In this document: positions 11,334-23,175 of the stretch, piece after piece
Layout of the letters: each line of letters starts with the position of its first letter
Position numbering within the stretch: position 1 is the first letter of the stretch
Source of the DNA: Lama guanicoe
Lineage: Eukaryota
Length of the DNA stretch: 64,000 bases
Assembly (NCBI GenBank): GCA_013239625.1
Contig: MU053493.1
Location: 1,373,793 to 1,437,792, forward strand
Direction: 5' to 3'
Made by a program: the position numbers and the translations under genes
Notes under the pieces: generated by a model
What the model was told of the DNA's origin: nothing
What the model saw: only the letters and a program-made list of their open reading frames with translations
Databases searched by the model: none

Positions 11334-12726
11334 CAGTGTGTGTCTGTGTCTCTGTATATGTGTGTGTCCATCCGTGCGTGGCCCCATGTCGGCTGGGAAT
11401 TGTCTGTCCATGAGTCCCCTGTGCACACACTGTGCCCGTGGGGGGGACATTTCTTCTGCCCAAGAGAGGCTAAGAGAGGACATGGGCCTGCTCTGCCGCA
11501 GGCAGAGGTCCAGTTGGCACCCCCTTTTGCCAGTAGGCACCCTGCGGGGTTTCCCTTTGGTCTGGGGACGCCTGGCGCCTCCATCTGCAGCAGCCCGGGG
11601 CCCACAGTGGGCGGGGGCCAGGAGGGGCTGGGAAGGCTTGGGGTGACTCCCTCTTCCCTTGGACCCAGATGGCTCCTGGGGCCAGAGCCGCTGCTGGCCG
11701 TGCTGTGCAGGGCGGGCAGGAGTCGGGTTTGTCTGGAACCCCCAGTAAATAAACAGGAAATTCCCAAGCAGCTCAGGAAAATGAATCGTGAATCGCCTCC
11801 AGTGGGGTGAAAACAGAGAGCCTCTAGGAAATCCAGGACTCATCTTTCACACTTTCTTCCCAGGCTTACTTTCCCCCAAAGAGATGTTTTTATAAAGTGG
11901 TGAATGGATTTTAAACCTGCATGACAGAAGGACAAGGAAAGCAGACTGAAAAGGGATGGAACCCTGATTTAAACAACAAAAACAGTGAAGCAGGGAGCTG
12001 GGGGTCTGGACACCCACACCCTGAGGCAACGCAGTGTGCGTGCATCTTCTGCATGCACATCCCGCTCCACTTGATTCCGGAAAGCGTTTCCGGACACGTG
12101 GGAGCTCCCAGTGTGCACATCAAAATCAAAATCAAAAGCAGGATCTTGCTTTCTGGCGGCAGAGACGTGCCATCATGGGAGTGGACAGTTCTGTCCTCAA
12201 ATTGTCCCATTTAGTGAGCACTCGGTGTTTCCCGTCTTTGGTCACCAGCTCATCTTTGTCATCTGTCTCAATTTTGAGTACACTCGCAGGATAAAATCCT
12301 CCAGACAGAATCGCAGAGTCAAGTGTGTGCAAATACATGTCAGGTGATGCTGTTGGTGCCACTGGGGGCAGTGGGGGCAGAGCCAAGAGTGTTTGGACAC
12401 CATCCACACTGCCACCAGCCACAGCCAGGGCCAGAGGAGCAGGGCCCATGTGCCTGGAAGAGGGGACATGTCCCACTTGTACCCACACTGCCTTGGGGGC
12501 GGGAGCAGCAGGTGGAAAGACACTCAGCGTCCAAGTGAGGCGGTGTTGATGTCCACCACCACTCTCCTCCCCAGAATCAAGCTGAGAGATCAGAAGGGGC
12601 ACCGGCTCCCAATGCCCTGTTGACTGGCGGATTCGAGGAGCAGGGGGCAGCTGATGAGGGTGAGCCACTCCAGCACTAGGAGTGGGAAGGGATACATTTT
12701 CCTACACTTAGGAAAAGGGCAGAGAA

Positions 12727-12842
12727 GGGGGAAGGGTATAGCTCAAGTGGTAGAGCGCATGCTTAGCATGCACAAGGTCCTGGGTTCAATCCCCAGTACC
12801 TCCTCTAAAAATGAATAAATAAACCTAATTACCTCCCCTCCC
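12727..12842 (+). mobile_element. Vic-1-type SINE
   Basis: GGGTATAGCTCAAGTGGTAGAGCGCATGCTTAGCATGCACAAGGTCCTGGGTTCAATCCCCAGTACCTCC...AAACCTAATTACCTCCCC. Confidence 0.9.
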
Positions 12843-13665
12843 AGAGCTGGGGCCCAACTCCAGTGTGATTCTTCAACCTCCGTCTCTTCCCGCTTCAAGC
12901 TGTAGTCCATCCCTACCAAAGTCAGCCCCAGACTGAGCCTGTCTTCTATGTCCCACGTCCCATAACCCCACCTGGGTCAAGCCACCCTGGGATGCAAGGC
13001 TGCCACGAGTAGGCCATCAGGATCTGGGCCCCACTTGCCCACCTAGAAGGAAGCTGAAGCCTCCAGCCAAGACCCAGAATGCCTTCTGCTGCCTCCCAGC
13101 CTGTGGGTGGGCTCCTCCCAACAACTCAAGACAAGGGACTCCCTCTGCTCCTCTATCCACTGCAGAGTGAGTGCTGGGGGTGCAGACCTTGCCAGAACCC
13201 CATGCACTCACTACACTGGTAGAGCAGCCCTGTTCTGATACCGATGGGTTCAGGCCCCACATGGATGATCAGACCCTTCATCTGGGCCCCACTACCCAGG
13301 GTTCTGTCTTCTTCCAGCGCCATCTGAAGGCCACTCAGGAAGGACACAGTGCCAGCTCTTGAACACGGTGAAGACAATGCTGCTTCCCGCCATATGGACC
13401 TGAAACTGCTCCTATAGGGCAGGGGTCTCTGTTCACATTTGAAGAGTTAGGGGGTTGGGCAGACAAACAATCTGCTCTTTTAAAACTCATGGACAGTCAT
13501 GCAGAGTATGTCCTCTGACCAAGATGGACTTAAACTAGAACCCAGTTCCAAAAACACAACAGAAAAATCTGGAAACTGCAAATTAAACAACAAACTTCTA
13601 AATAACCCATGCATCCAAGAGGAAGTCTCACAGGAAATTTTGAAATACAAAGAAATGAATGAAAA

Positions 13666-14120
13666 TTGTGATGGTTAATTTTATCCATCAGTGTGAATGG
13701 GCTGCAGGATGCTCGTATCTCTGGCTCAGAGTTACTTCTGAGTGTATTTGTGAGGGGGTTTTTGGAAGAGATTATTAGCATTGGAATTGGGAGACTGAGT
13801 AAGGCAGATGGTCCTCCCCAATTTGGGTGGGCATCATCCAATCTGCTGAGGATCTGAGCAGAGCACAAAGGCAACAGAAGGTTGGGCTGGCTCTCTGCCT
13901 GATTGCATGAGCTGGGACACTGATCTTTTCCTGCCTTCTGTGCTCCTGGTCCTCAGGCCTTCAGACTTGGACTAGAGCTCTAAGTTCTTGGGCCTTCAAA
14001 CTATTTATCACCAACTTTCCTGGGTCTCTAGCTTGCAGATGGTAGATCATAGAACTTCTTAGCCTCTGTAATTGTATGAATCAATACCTTACAATAAATC
14101 TATCTCTCATATATGTTGTG
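13666..14120 (+). mobile_element. MLT2 (ERVL) LTR inserted into L1
   Basis: TGTGATGGTTAATTTTAT...GACTGAGTAAGGCAGATGGTCCTCCCCAATTTGGGTGGGCATCATCCAATC. Confidence 0.8.
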
Positions 14121-16021
14121 TGTGTACATTTTATTTCAAAAATGAAAACACAACATATCTAAATAAGTGGGATGCAGCTAAAGCAGTGCTAGAAGGGAAA
14201 TTTATAGCCCTAAATGCTTACATTAGAAAACAAATTAACCTATAACGGAAAAGAATGTAACAAGAATATACATATCTATATATAATATAGATATATATAA
14301 CTGAATCACTTCTGTACTCCTGAAACTAATACAACATTGTAAATCAACTATACTTCAATAAAGATCAATAAAAAAGAAAGAAAACAAGTGAGGAACTTCT
14401 AGCATGACAGCATGGAGAGCTCTATGGTCTGCTGAAAATCATGAAGAGAAAAAAAAGCTTAAAGTGTCTGATAATGGTCCTAAGAATATACAGCAAATGA
14501 AAAAAAACTATGTGTTCAGGAAAATCTACTACAGTTCAGAAAGAATAGTGAGAGTTTATAGTATTCATACCAAAACGTGTTACCTCCCTCTTTCCTCCTG
14601 ACTCCACAAGGCAGAAATTCCACTCCAGGTGGGTGTAGCCAAGAACACAGTGCTCTTTCTCACTGGGGCTCCCAGTTGAAGAGCTACAGTGTCCCCCCAG
14701 GAGAGGCAGGTCAGCGTTTTTTATCCTGCCTCCTGCTGCCTGGGGCTTAGTTCTACATGATGTGGCTGAAAGGTGGGGGCTTCCTTCTGCCCAGCCACCA
14801 CTCATGGGAGAAGGCTCTACCTTAGACACGGTGCCACTGAGAATAAAGGGATCCCAGTTGCCCTTGCCCCAGTTTATAAACTTTCCACATCGGGAAAGTC
14901 AAGCTGAGAAAACCTGAAGCTATCATCCACCCGTCACCCAGCTCTCAATGTGAGATTATCACCTGAAGAAAAGTGTAACATTGTCTCCACCCCAGATCAA
15001 GAGCCAAGGCTCAGAGATTTTGCCTGCAGCAAGGAATGGGGCGAGGGGAGGATGGTGGAGGGCAGATGCAGTACAGAATCTTAGAAAGGGCGCCTAGGAG
15101 GATCCCACTGGGTGTCAGAACAAATATTAAATATTGGCTTCCAGAACCACTCCTTCAAAGGAGCCATAATTTGACTGGATTAGTCTGTAGAGTAATTTAG
15201 TCCCAAGAGTGTTGTTGAGAACAAAGTAGCAGTCAGCCAGCGGTCAGTGGAGCTGAACATCTGGGTGTGGTCAGGGAAAGGGATGATCAAGGGGTGATGA
15301 AGCCCTGCCAAACCCTCAGTCAGCACAGAGTTAACTGCGAACGTACCCAGACCGTGCCTCCTCTCCACACCTCTGTAAGAAGCAGTATCAAAGGCTTAAC
15401 ACTTTGAGGGGGTGGAGAAACAGGAAATAGATTTCATGAAAATAATCCACTCATTCATTAAATAAACAGGCAAATAATAATAACAAGCCATTTGGGGGAC
15501 TTGGGGACCAGTACCCAGGGTGGCTACAATATAGTATCTAAAATATCCCAACAAAAAAAAACATTAAAAAAAATAGGAAAGCATAAACCATACACTGGGG
15601 AAAAAGCAAGCAACTAAAAACAGCCTATGAAAGTGACTAGATGTCAGATTTAACAGAGACTTCAAAGTAGCCACTAAAATAGATTCAAGGAACTAAAGTA
15701 AACCACAATTAAAGAAGTAAAATATAACAATGTGGCACCAAATAAAGAATATCAATAGATAGGCATTATTTAAAAAAAAAAAAGGACAAATGGAAATACT
15801 GGAGGTTGGAAAGTGCAATAACAGAAATAAACGTTTCCCTAGAAGGGCTCAATAGCAGATCTGAACTGGCAGAAGAAAGAACTTTAGCCAACCTTCAGAT
15901 CAATAAAGAATATGCAGGTTGAAGAACAGAGAGAACTATAAGTGAAAAAAATGAACAGAGCTTCAGAGACATGTGGGATACCAGTAGGCACCAATTCACT
16001 CTAAACGGGGGGACTGGGAGG

Positions 16022-16345
16022 TGTGAAAAGGATTGAACAGGGGGCATGAGACTGAGGTGGCACTCGCGCCTAGGTAGCCTACATTAACACACCAAAACCT
16101 ACGCCAGGCAATTCCTGTAAGTACACTTGTATCCCAGAAAGCAAAATTTAAGAACAACCAATCACAAATAACTAACGAGGCTTTCCAAGATAAGGCAGTC
16201 ACTTAAGCCACAGCCAACCAGATCATTCCCTTGCTTTGCTTCCACACTGACTCTATAAATCCTCTGCCCCCAGATCCTGTTGGCAGAACACTCCTAATAC
16301 TCTCAGCTTGACGCTGTCTGATTCAAATCAATGTTTGCAGAAAGG
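16022..16345 (+). mobile_element. ERV LTR-like fragment
   Basis: Starts TGTGAAA; CCAATCA box (~16158), CTATAAAT TATA (~16253); interrupts L1-derived sequence. Confidence 0.5.
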
Positions 16346-18252
16346 TTTAAAATACAAGGAGAAATTGGCCACAATGCGATTGTACCATTTGGGATAGACA
16401 TGGGGAAGTTTCACCACGTCTCTCCCATTTGACAGAGGCAGCATACCAGAAATTAACAAGATGGGGACATTGAACAACAGAATGACTGCTGCTGATTTAG
16501 CAGACACTGCTGATGACACCAATGCCCATTTCTTTTTATGGAACCGGAAAGTTTGGCTCAGAAACATCCGTTGTCATGTGAAGTTTTCTCTTTCTAATGG
16601 AGGAGTTTATCTGGGGACCAAGAGCCTTTTGGGGGGACTGGTGGGTGGGTGAAGGAGAGGGAACACCATGGCAGGTGCTCCTTCCTGGGTGCCCTGGACT
16701 AGGTTTGAGTCCCTGGTGTTGAGAGTCAGGGCAGGAGCTAAGGATTAAAGTTTCTGGAGCAATCCGGGAATTGTCTGGGCTGTGTGGTTACAGCCAGAGG
16801 TCACCTAACTTTTGAGGAGAAAGTCTTCGAGGTCAGAATAAGGCACAGGAGGAGTTCTGCTTGGTCCAGGTGACAAAGGGTGGCTGAAAATAAGGGATCC
16901 CAGTTGTCTTTCCACTGCTATGGGAAGACAATTTTCTAGGGAGGTGTGTGTCCTTGGCAATGGGGGTGGGAGTGCACTGTACCTTCATAACTTGAGTATA
17001 ACTTGGGTGTAAGAAGGACTTGCATATTATTTTGTGGTCATGGACAAGTAACCCATGAGCCATATCTTCATCAAATTTTATTTATTTATTTTTACTGAAG
17101 TCCAGTCAGTTTACAATGTTGTGTCAATTTCTGGTGTACGGCATCATGTTTCAGTCATACATATACATGCACATATTCCTTTTCAGATTCTTTTTCATTA
17201 TAGGTAACTACAGGATGTTGAATACAGTTCCCGGTGCTATACAGAAGAAACTTGTTTATCAAATTTTATTTTAAAAAGACCACTTTCCTTCCCAGCTTTC
17301 AAGAAATATTTATAAAAATCGTTACATATTGGGCAACAGAGAAAATCTCAATAAATACCAAAGAGCAGAAAGCATATTGAAATCCTGAAATCTCAGGACA
17401 ATAAGTGTACAAGTTAATAACTGCAATTTGATCTTTAGAATGCACTGGGTACGAATCATACCCTAACCTTAAAAATCTACCCACTTGAAACTGAAAATAG
17501 AAACACTCTCCTAAATAAATGTTGGGTCATGGAAGACATGGAAGTTGCCATTATATGGACAGGAATGAGGAGAAAACTTCCCAGCCCAGCTTCCAAGACG
17601 TGGCCACAGCCGGCTGTCATCACTGAGCAAAAAAGAATAAATATAAATGAGATGTCTTCAACACAAGGTAGAAAAAGAGAAATCAGATGGGAGGACTGTG
17701 TTTTAAAAGACACACACAAGGACCAAAAAAAAAGTAAGTGAATTTGAAGAGAAAAAAAAAATATTGAGGCTTGATAAATAAAATTAAAGCCTATTCTCTG
17801 GAGACACTCATCCCGCAGGCCAGGGGGTGGGGACTTGAATTTCCCTCCCAGCTGTTGGCCTCCAGCTGTCCAGCTGGGGCCCTCTGAGCTTCATCCCCTT
17901 CTGCATCTGCTCTCGCCCCCAACGATAGCCCAGGCAGTTGAGTGTACATTAGAAAGCCCCAGATTGGACCCTGTGGGAGATGCTAAGGTCACTGGAGATT
18001 CAATACTTCTGCTGTGAACCATGTTGTGATGGCATCCGTGTACCGGGTACCAACTTTTCTAAGTCAGCCTAATTAATTTTAAATTAGTCTTGTATGCTCA
18101 GTAACTTTGGATAACCCGAATCACTTTCTAACCTCCGTTCCCTCTAGTATAAGGGCACAGAACAAGGGAACAGAGTGGGTCCACAGGCCCTGGCAGGCCC
18201 ACCTGGCATCCCTCCTTCTTCCCCTCCCCACCTCTGGCCAAAGGAAGCTTTT

Positions 18253-18388
18253 AATTTTTTCCTTGTAAGGGGAGGGGAGGTAATTATGTTTGTTTATTTA
18301 TTTATTTAAATAGAGGTACTGGGGATTGAACCTAGGACTTTGTGCATGCTGAGCACTTGCTGTACCACTAAGCTATGCCCTCACTACA
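18253..18388 (-). mobile_element. Vic-1-type SINE
   Basis: GAGGTACTGGGGATTGAACCTAGG...TACCACTAAGCTATGCCC; flanking AAGCTTT-containing direct repeat. Confidence 0.85.
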
Positions 18389-18984
18389 AGAAAGCTTTCT
18401 CTCCCAGCAGAAGCCTCCTGGAGGCCGATAGAGAGTCTTTAAAACAGCGCTCCCTGCTGAGCCCCCAGGGAATTGTAGATTCCTGAGCAATGTCACTGTT
18501 TAGCCACTAGTCTGGGGATGGTTTGCCACACAACCATAGTCAGTGGAGAAGTGCATTGATGTTGAAATTGAAGATGAGTAAGTCTGGATCTCCTGCTGGG
18601 CAAAGATGTGTCTTGGACTCACGTGTGTGTTATATTTCAATTTTTTTTTTAAATTGTCGTTGGGATAATAGTTTATACCTCCGAGGTGGCTGGCGACGTG
18701 CCGGGCACACGGTAGGTGCTCAAGCAGTAAACAGTAGTGATATCGCTATCACCACCAGCGCCTCTCCCAGGACAGGTAGGTACTCAGCAAGTGGTGTTGG
18801 GTGGGAAATAGCTTCCCCAACCCTGGAGCCACTGAAAACTGACTCTCTGTGGCCACTGACTAGTCCCTACACTAATGGCCCTCACTTTTCCTTTGATTCA
18901 TGCATCATTTTTTCTATTAGAGGTTTATCTTTGCAAACTGGTCTCCAGCCAGCTTCCAGGTTGAAAGATTGGTTCTGGGTGAAG

Positions 18985-19480
18985 CTGAGGCCGGGTGCGC
19001 TGCAGGCTGTGCGCTCCTGCATCGGGCGCGGGGACAGGGGGGCCTGCGAAGGGGGAGGGGGGACGCGAGGGGACAGGGCTGCACGCACGGGTGTCGGGGT
19101 GGCGCGGGGGCCTGCGGGCGTCTCCCTTCCCCCAACAGGCGCCGCCCTCCCTGGCAGGTCGCGGTGACCTCGCCTCCACGCTCCCTCTGACTCGTGCTTT
19201 CCGCTCGCTCCCCGGGGCGTTTCCGGGACTGGAAAGGTCCGAAAGGTCGGTGGAGTCAGCGCGGGCCACCCGCTGCTTCTGCCTGCCTGCCTGCCGGGCG
19301 CCTGAGCGAGGGCGGGGTTCAGCGTGTCCCCAGGCATTCGGCACCCCATCCCCCGCCAAGACAGGAGCTGGGCGGAAGGAAGTGTCCTAGACCCTGGGAC
19401 TTGCCCAGTGGCATAAAAGGTCGACAGTTCTGCTAAAGTGAAATCGGTGAGCAGATGAAAGTCCCCGGGCACCCGGGAGC
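18985..19480. promoter_or_regulatory. CpG island (promoter- or enhancer-like)
   Basis: High CpG density against CpG-depleted flanks; GC boxes near 19310 and 19370; ETS-like GGAAG (GGGCGGAAGGAAGTG). No coding exon attached. Confidence 0.65.
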
Positions 19481-21844
19481 AAGGGAGGACCCCACCTGCC
19501 CTCCAGGAGCCCCCAGTCTGTCGGGAAGCAGGCACAGAAGTGGTTCCAAGACGAAGCTGCAAGCGCAGCCTGCTGTAAGAGTCTGGCCTGGGGTCCTGAT
19601 GGTGGGAAAGTTTGTCCAGGAGCCGCGATCTGAGCTGGTGTGAAGGGACTGGCATGGCTGCACCCATCCAAGTGGGCAGCCAGGCCCCATGGAAGGCAAT
19701 AGGACAGAAAGGTCAGGGACAGTAAAGATCCAGGACAGAGGACCCCGGAGGATGCTCAGTTTGGTTTGAGTTTAAAGGTGAGAGAATGTTGGGTGGGCAA
19801 GATAACCCACATCAGCCATTAAGACCTTAGCTCTGATCAGCACCCCCATCAGGCAGCCCAGGAATATTTGACAGAAGGGAGGCCAGGGTGTAGATCCCAA
19901 GAGACTGAAAGGATGAGCCCACTGGGGCCATCTCAGAGCAAAGCCAGGTCTCAAATTGGCCAATAGACTATCAAGGTATATTTGTCAGGAGAGGTCACCA
20001 TATGCTGCAACAAATAGCCCCAGATCTTAAAGCTGAACCTGGAGGTTTATTTCTCTTCAGTATGCTTTTACTAGCACACAATACACCTCAGATCTGGGCA
20101 ACTCTCAGGGACATGATTAGCCTAGTGGCAGGTGGCTCTCCATGCTGCACCCATTCTGTGGCTCCGTCTCTCCTCGAGACCTCCTATCTGGTCATAGTGC
20201 ATGGAAGAGGGAAATGGCCTGGAGAACCAGGCCTCCCCCTGGATGTGACAGACAGCAGTCCACTGACAGTGCATGGCCAGAACCAGTCACATGATCCCTA
20301 ACTGAGGGACTCAGAAGTGTCACCTCCCAAGAGCCTGGAAGGAGAGGAGGACCAGATGGGTTTGGCACCAGAAGACTCCATCCAAAGGGCTTAAGTCCCG
20401 AGGACAGACTCTGCCTACGTTCTGCTTTGGCAGGAGGACGGCTCGCTCCCCAGGCTGTGTCCAAGGCATCTGTCAACTGCATAATGCACAGCCTTCTGAT
20501 AGGCTTGTTAGAAGTCACATTTACAAGGTTTTGTGTGAGGGACCTAGGATTAGCTAAATCCACCCCCTTCTCTCCCTGTGAGGTCCCTGCTGCTCTACAA
20601 AGGCGAGTAGAGAATTGAGCCAGGGAGTAGACTGCAGAAGTCCCCAGCTGTCTGTCCAACTTCCACTTCCCTCCTGCCCTCCAGGGAGTGGGCATGTGAC
20701 CGCAGACTGGCTAGGGCTCTTCCTCCCTAGTGCAGTGGTCTGTCCCAGCTGGGCATGCAATCAAGGGGGCCAATTAGAGTGGCCTCAAAGACTTGAGTTC
20801 TCTGCTGTGAGGGTCTGTCTTCTCTGAGGGACTGGAGCTGTTGATGGTCAGCTTGCCAGTCTGACTGTTGGGGGGAGCTAGTCTGAGGAAGAACCCAAAA
20901 AGCAGGGGATGGGGTGAGGGGATAAAAGTAGAATTATGGACAGAGAGAGTGAAGTTGACATATTGACTATGATGCAACTTGAGCTCCTGGATCCAGCTAT
21001 GCCTGAAGCTAGTAATCCAGTTACACAGCCACTAACTTTTCTCTTTCTGTTTAAATTAGCTTGAACTGTCTCTTCAAGCAATTCTCAATTAAAAAAACAA
21101 AAAACAAACAAACAAAAGAGACTGAGTGATACAGTTACTAAATGGCTTTTGCCTGCAAACCCTAACACAGATTCTTCTCAGCTGGGCTGTACTGCTAGGA
21201 TCCCTCCTTCTGCTGAAGATCGGATTCTAGAGCTTTCCTTTCCCCTGAGGCCAAGCTGTGAGTGAAAATCGCCAGGCACCTGGCCTGTGTGTAGGCGCAG
21301 GAAAGACCAGGCTTCCCTACTGGGGCCGTGTTTATCCCTGGGACATCTCTCTCATGCCCCATCTTCCTGTTTCTCTTCTGTTCCAGGGTCAGGACCTGAC
21401 AAAAATGAGGTGCCCCCAGGGTGGCTAGGGAGCCTGAGCAAGCCAGATACAGGGTGCACACGGGCCAGCTGAGTGAGCCCCTCTGCTCCCCTAGAAAAAG
21501 ACATCTGGTGACCAATACCCCACTGTAAGGTCAAGGGCTGGTGAGGGACAGGGCTTGGGGAGCAGAGACCATTTCCAGTGAGCTTGAGTGGAGGGGGTTT
21601 CCGAGAAGGTCACGGGAGATCACAGCCACCCACGTGAGGGCCTGTGGGCTTGGAGTGCACATAGCTTCTGTCTCCAGGAGTCTGTTCAGGGCCTAGAGAA
21701 TCTCGTTCCTCTCCCCACACCTGCTCGCTGCACAAGGGCTCTGCCGCCTGGTGGTCCATCCTGATTGCCTGCAGCCCCCACCCCTAGGCCCTGCAAACTT
21801 CAGGTTTAAAGACCCAATTATGGAGCCCAAGGTCTAGGAGGTGG

Positions 21845-21968
21845 AGTTGCCAGATACAGGGCACTCATGCAACATTTAGGACATGTGGATACTCAAAACG
21901 TATTCACTTTATTGGAAATTCAAATATAATTGGACGTTCTGTATTTTTATTGGCTAAACCTGGCACCA
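21845..21968. mobile_element. MER53-like fragment
   Basis: GTTGCCAGAT...CATGCAACATTTAGGACAT...GAAATTCAAATATAATTGGACGTTCTGTATTTTT...CTGGCA. Confidence 0.6.
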
Positions 21969-23104
21969 GTTGTGGGAGGAGGGCGCAGTAGGGAGCAGGG
22001 CTGAGTGGAAAGTTTCCCAGGCTTGCCTTCTGCTAGCCCTGTGTCCTGGGCTGCACTGCCACCTGCCCCCACCCCACAGGTACTCAGACTCTGAAGCAGC
22101 CCCCTTACAAGGGGAACCGGTGATGGCTGCAGGGGTACCCAGAGCAAACCCCAACATGAAGGGAGATGGCTGCCCCACCCACATCCCCCACCTGGGGGAC
22201 CCTCCCTCTGACCCTCTCCCATGCCAGCAACCTTTCCGGGCAATGACGGTGCGTGAAGCCTCACAGCAGCCCTGAGGGGCATTAAACCGCTGGGCATATC
22301 TCTCACCCGGTCCAGTGACTGGACTGTCCAGATGATACTTACCCCCTCTCGCCCCTGCCCACACTCCATCTAAGAATCCAGGGGAGAACCAGTACACCAT
22401 GGGTGGCTGGGAACCAGGGCTGGTGACCCACACATCTGGGCAGTGCACCCCGTGGCCCCCACATGGCCCCCCTACAAGATTCCAGAGCCCCCAGGAGGCC
22501 AGCCTGCAGTAGGCTTGAAGCTGTGGTCCCCGCAACGTGGGTGGGCCTGAACTCCGGCTAGCTCCATCACTGCCCGCAGAACCCTGCAGGACTGTGCCCA
22601 TCAGAAAGGGCTCCATCGGAACCTTCCCAGACCAGTGACACTGTTATCTGGCATGGGATAAAGGGGCCCCACAGCCATCTGGAGCACACAGCAAACCCGG
22701 GCCACCAGCCCTTGGTCCCACAGCCCCTGCCGGAGGGGGGCGCATTTAAGTGAACCAACCCTGGGCCCACCTTCAACCCCTCCCACCCAGCTGCGCCCCT
22801 ACCCAGTCTGGACCTGGTGATGAGAAGGACAAAAGCATTCTCCGCCCTGAGCACCTCCTGCCACATGAGGTGCCGTGATCAATGCGCACCTCGGAGCTGT
22901 GAACAGAGCTGGTGGTGCGTCGGGGACTATCACCATCACCCACATTTAGAGGAAGCAGGCGCGTGCTCCAAGGAGCGGCGAGTGCTGTATGTGGCCATGT
23001 GGCCCCCTGTCTTTGGAGACAGGGCCTCGAGTTTGACTTACCTGGACTCCCCACACAAACACTTGGACCCCTAGGAAACCCCTCGTCCGGGGAAGCTCTC
23101 CCAG

Positions 23105-23175
23105 GCCTGCGCACGTGGGCAGAGACAGACCTTCTTGCCCTCAGGTGCCAAGTGCGCATGCGCCTGACTGCGCAG
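23105..23175. promoter_or_regulatory. NRF1 / E-box motif cluster
   Basis: TGCGCATGCGC at 23153-23163 (NRF1 consensus), additional TGCGCA half sites at ~23108 and ~23169, CACGTG at 23112-23117, locally retained CpGs. Confidence 0.45.

Larger units (their letters stand above)
13440..17790 (+). mobile_element. Cluster of old L1 fragments (ORF2 pieces, 5'/ORF1-like region ~14390-15995) with nested LTRs and L1 3' ends
   Basis: A-rich L1-like text, e.g. GGGATGCAGCTAAAGCAGTGCTAGAAGGGAAATTTATAGC (ORF2) and GGGCTCAATAGCAGATCTGAACTGGCAGAAGAAAGA (ORF1). Younger L1 3' ends at ~14237-14380 (+) and ~17085-17260 (-). Confidence 0.75.
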
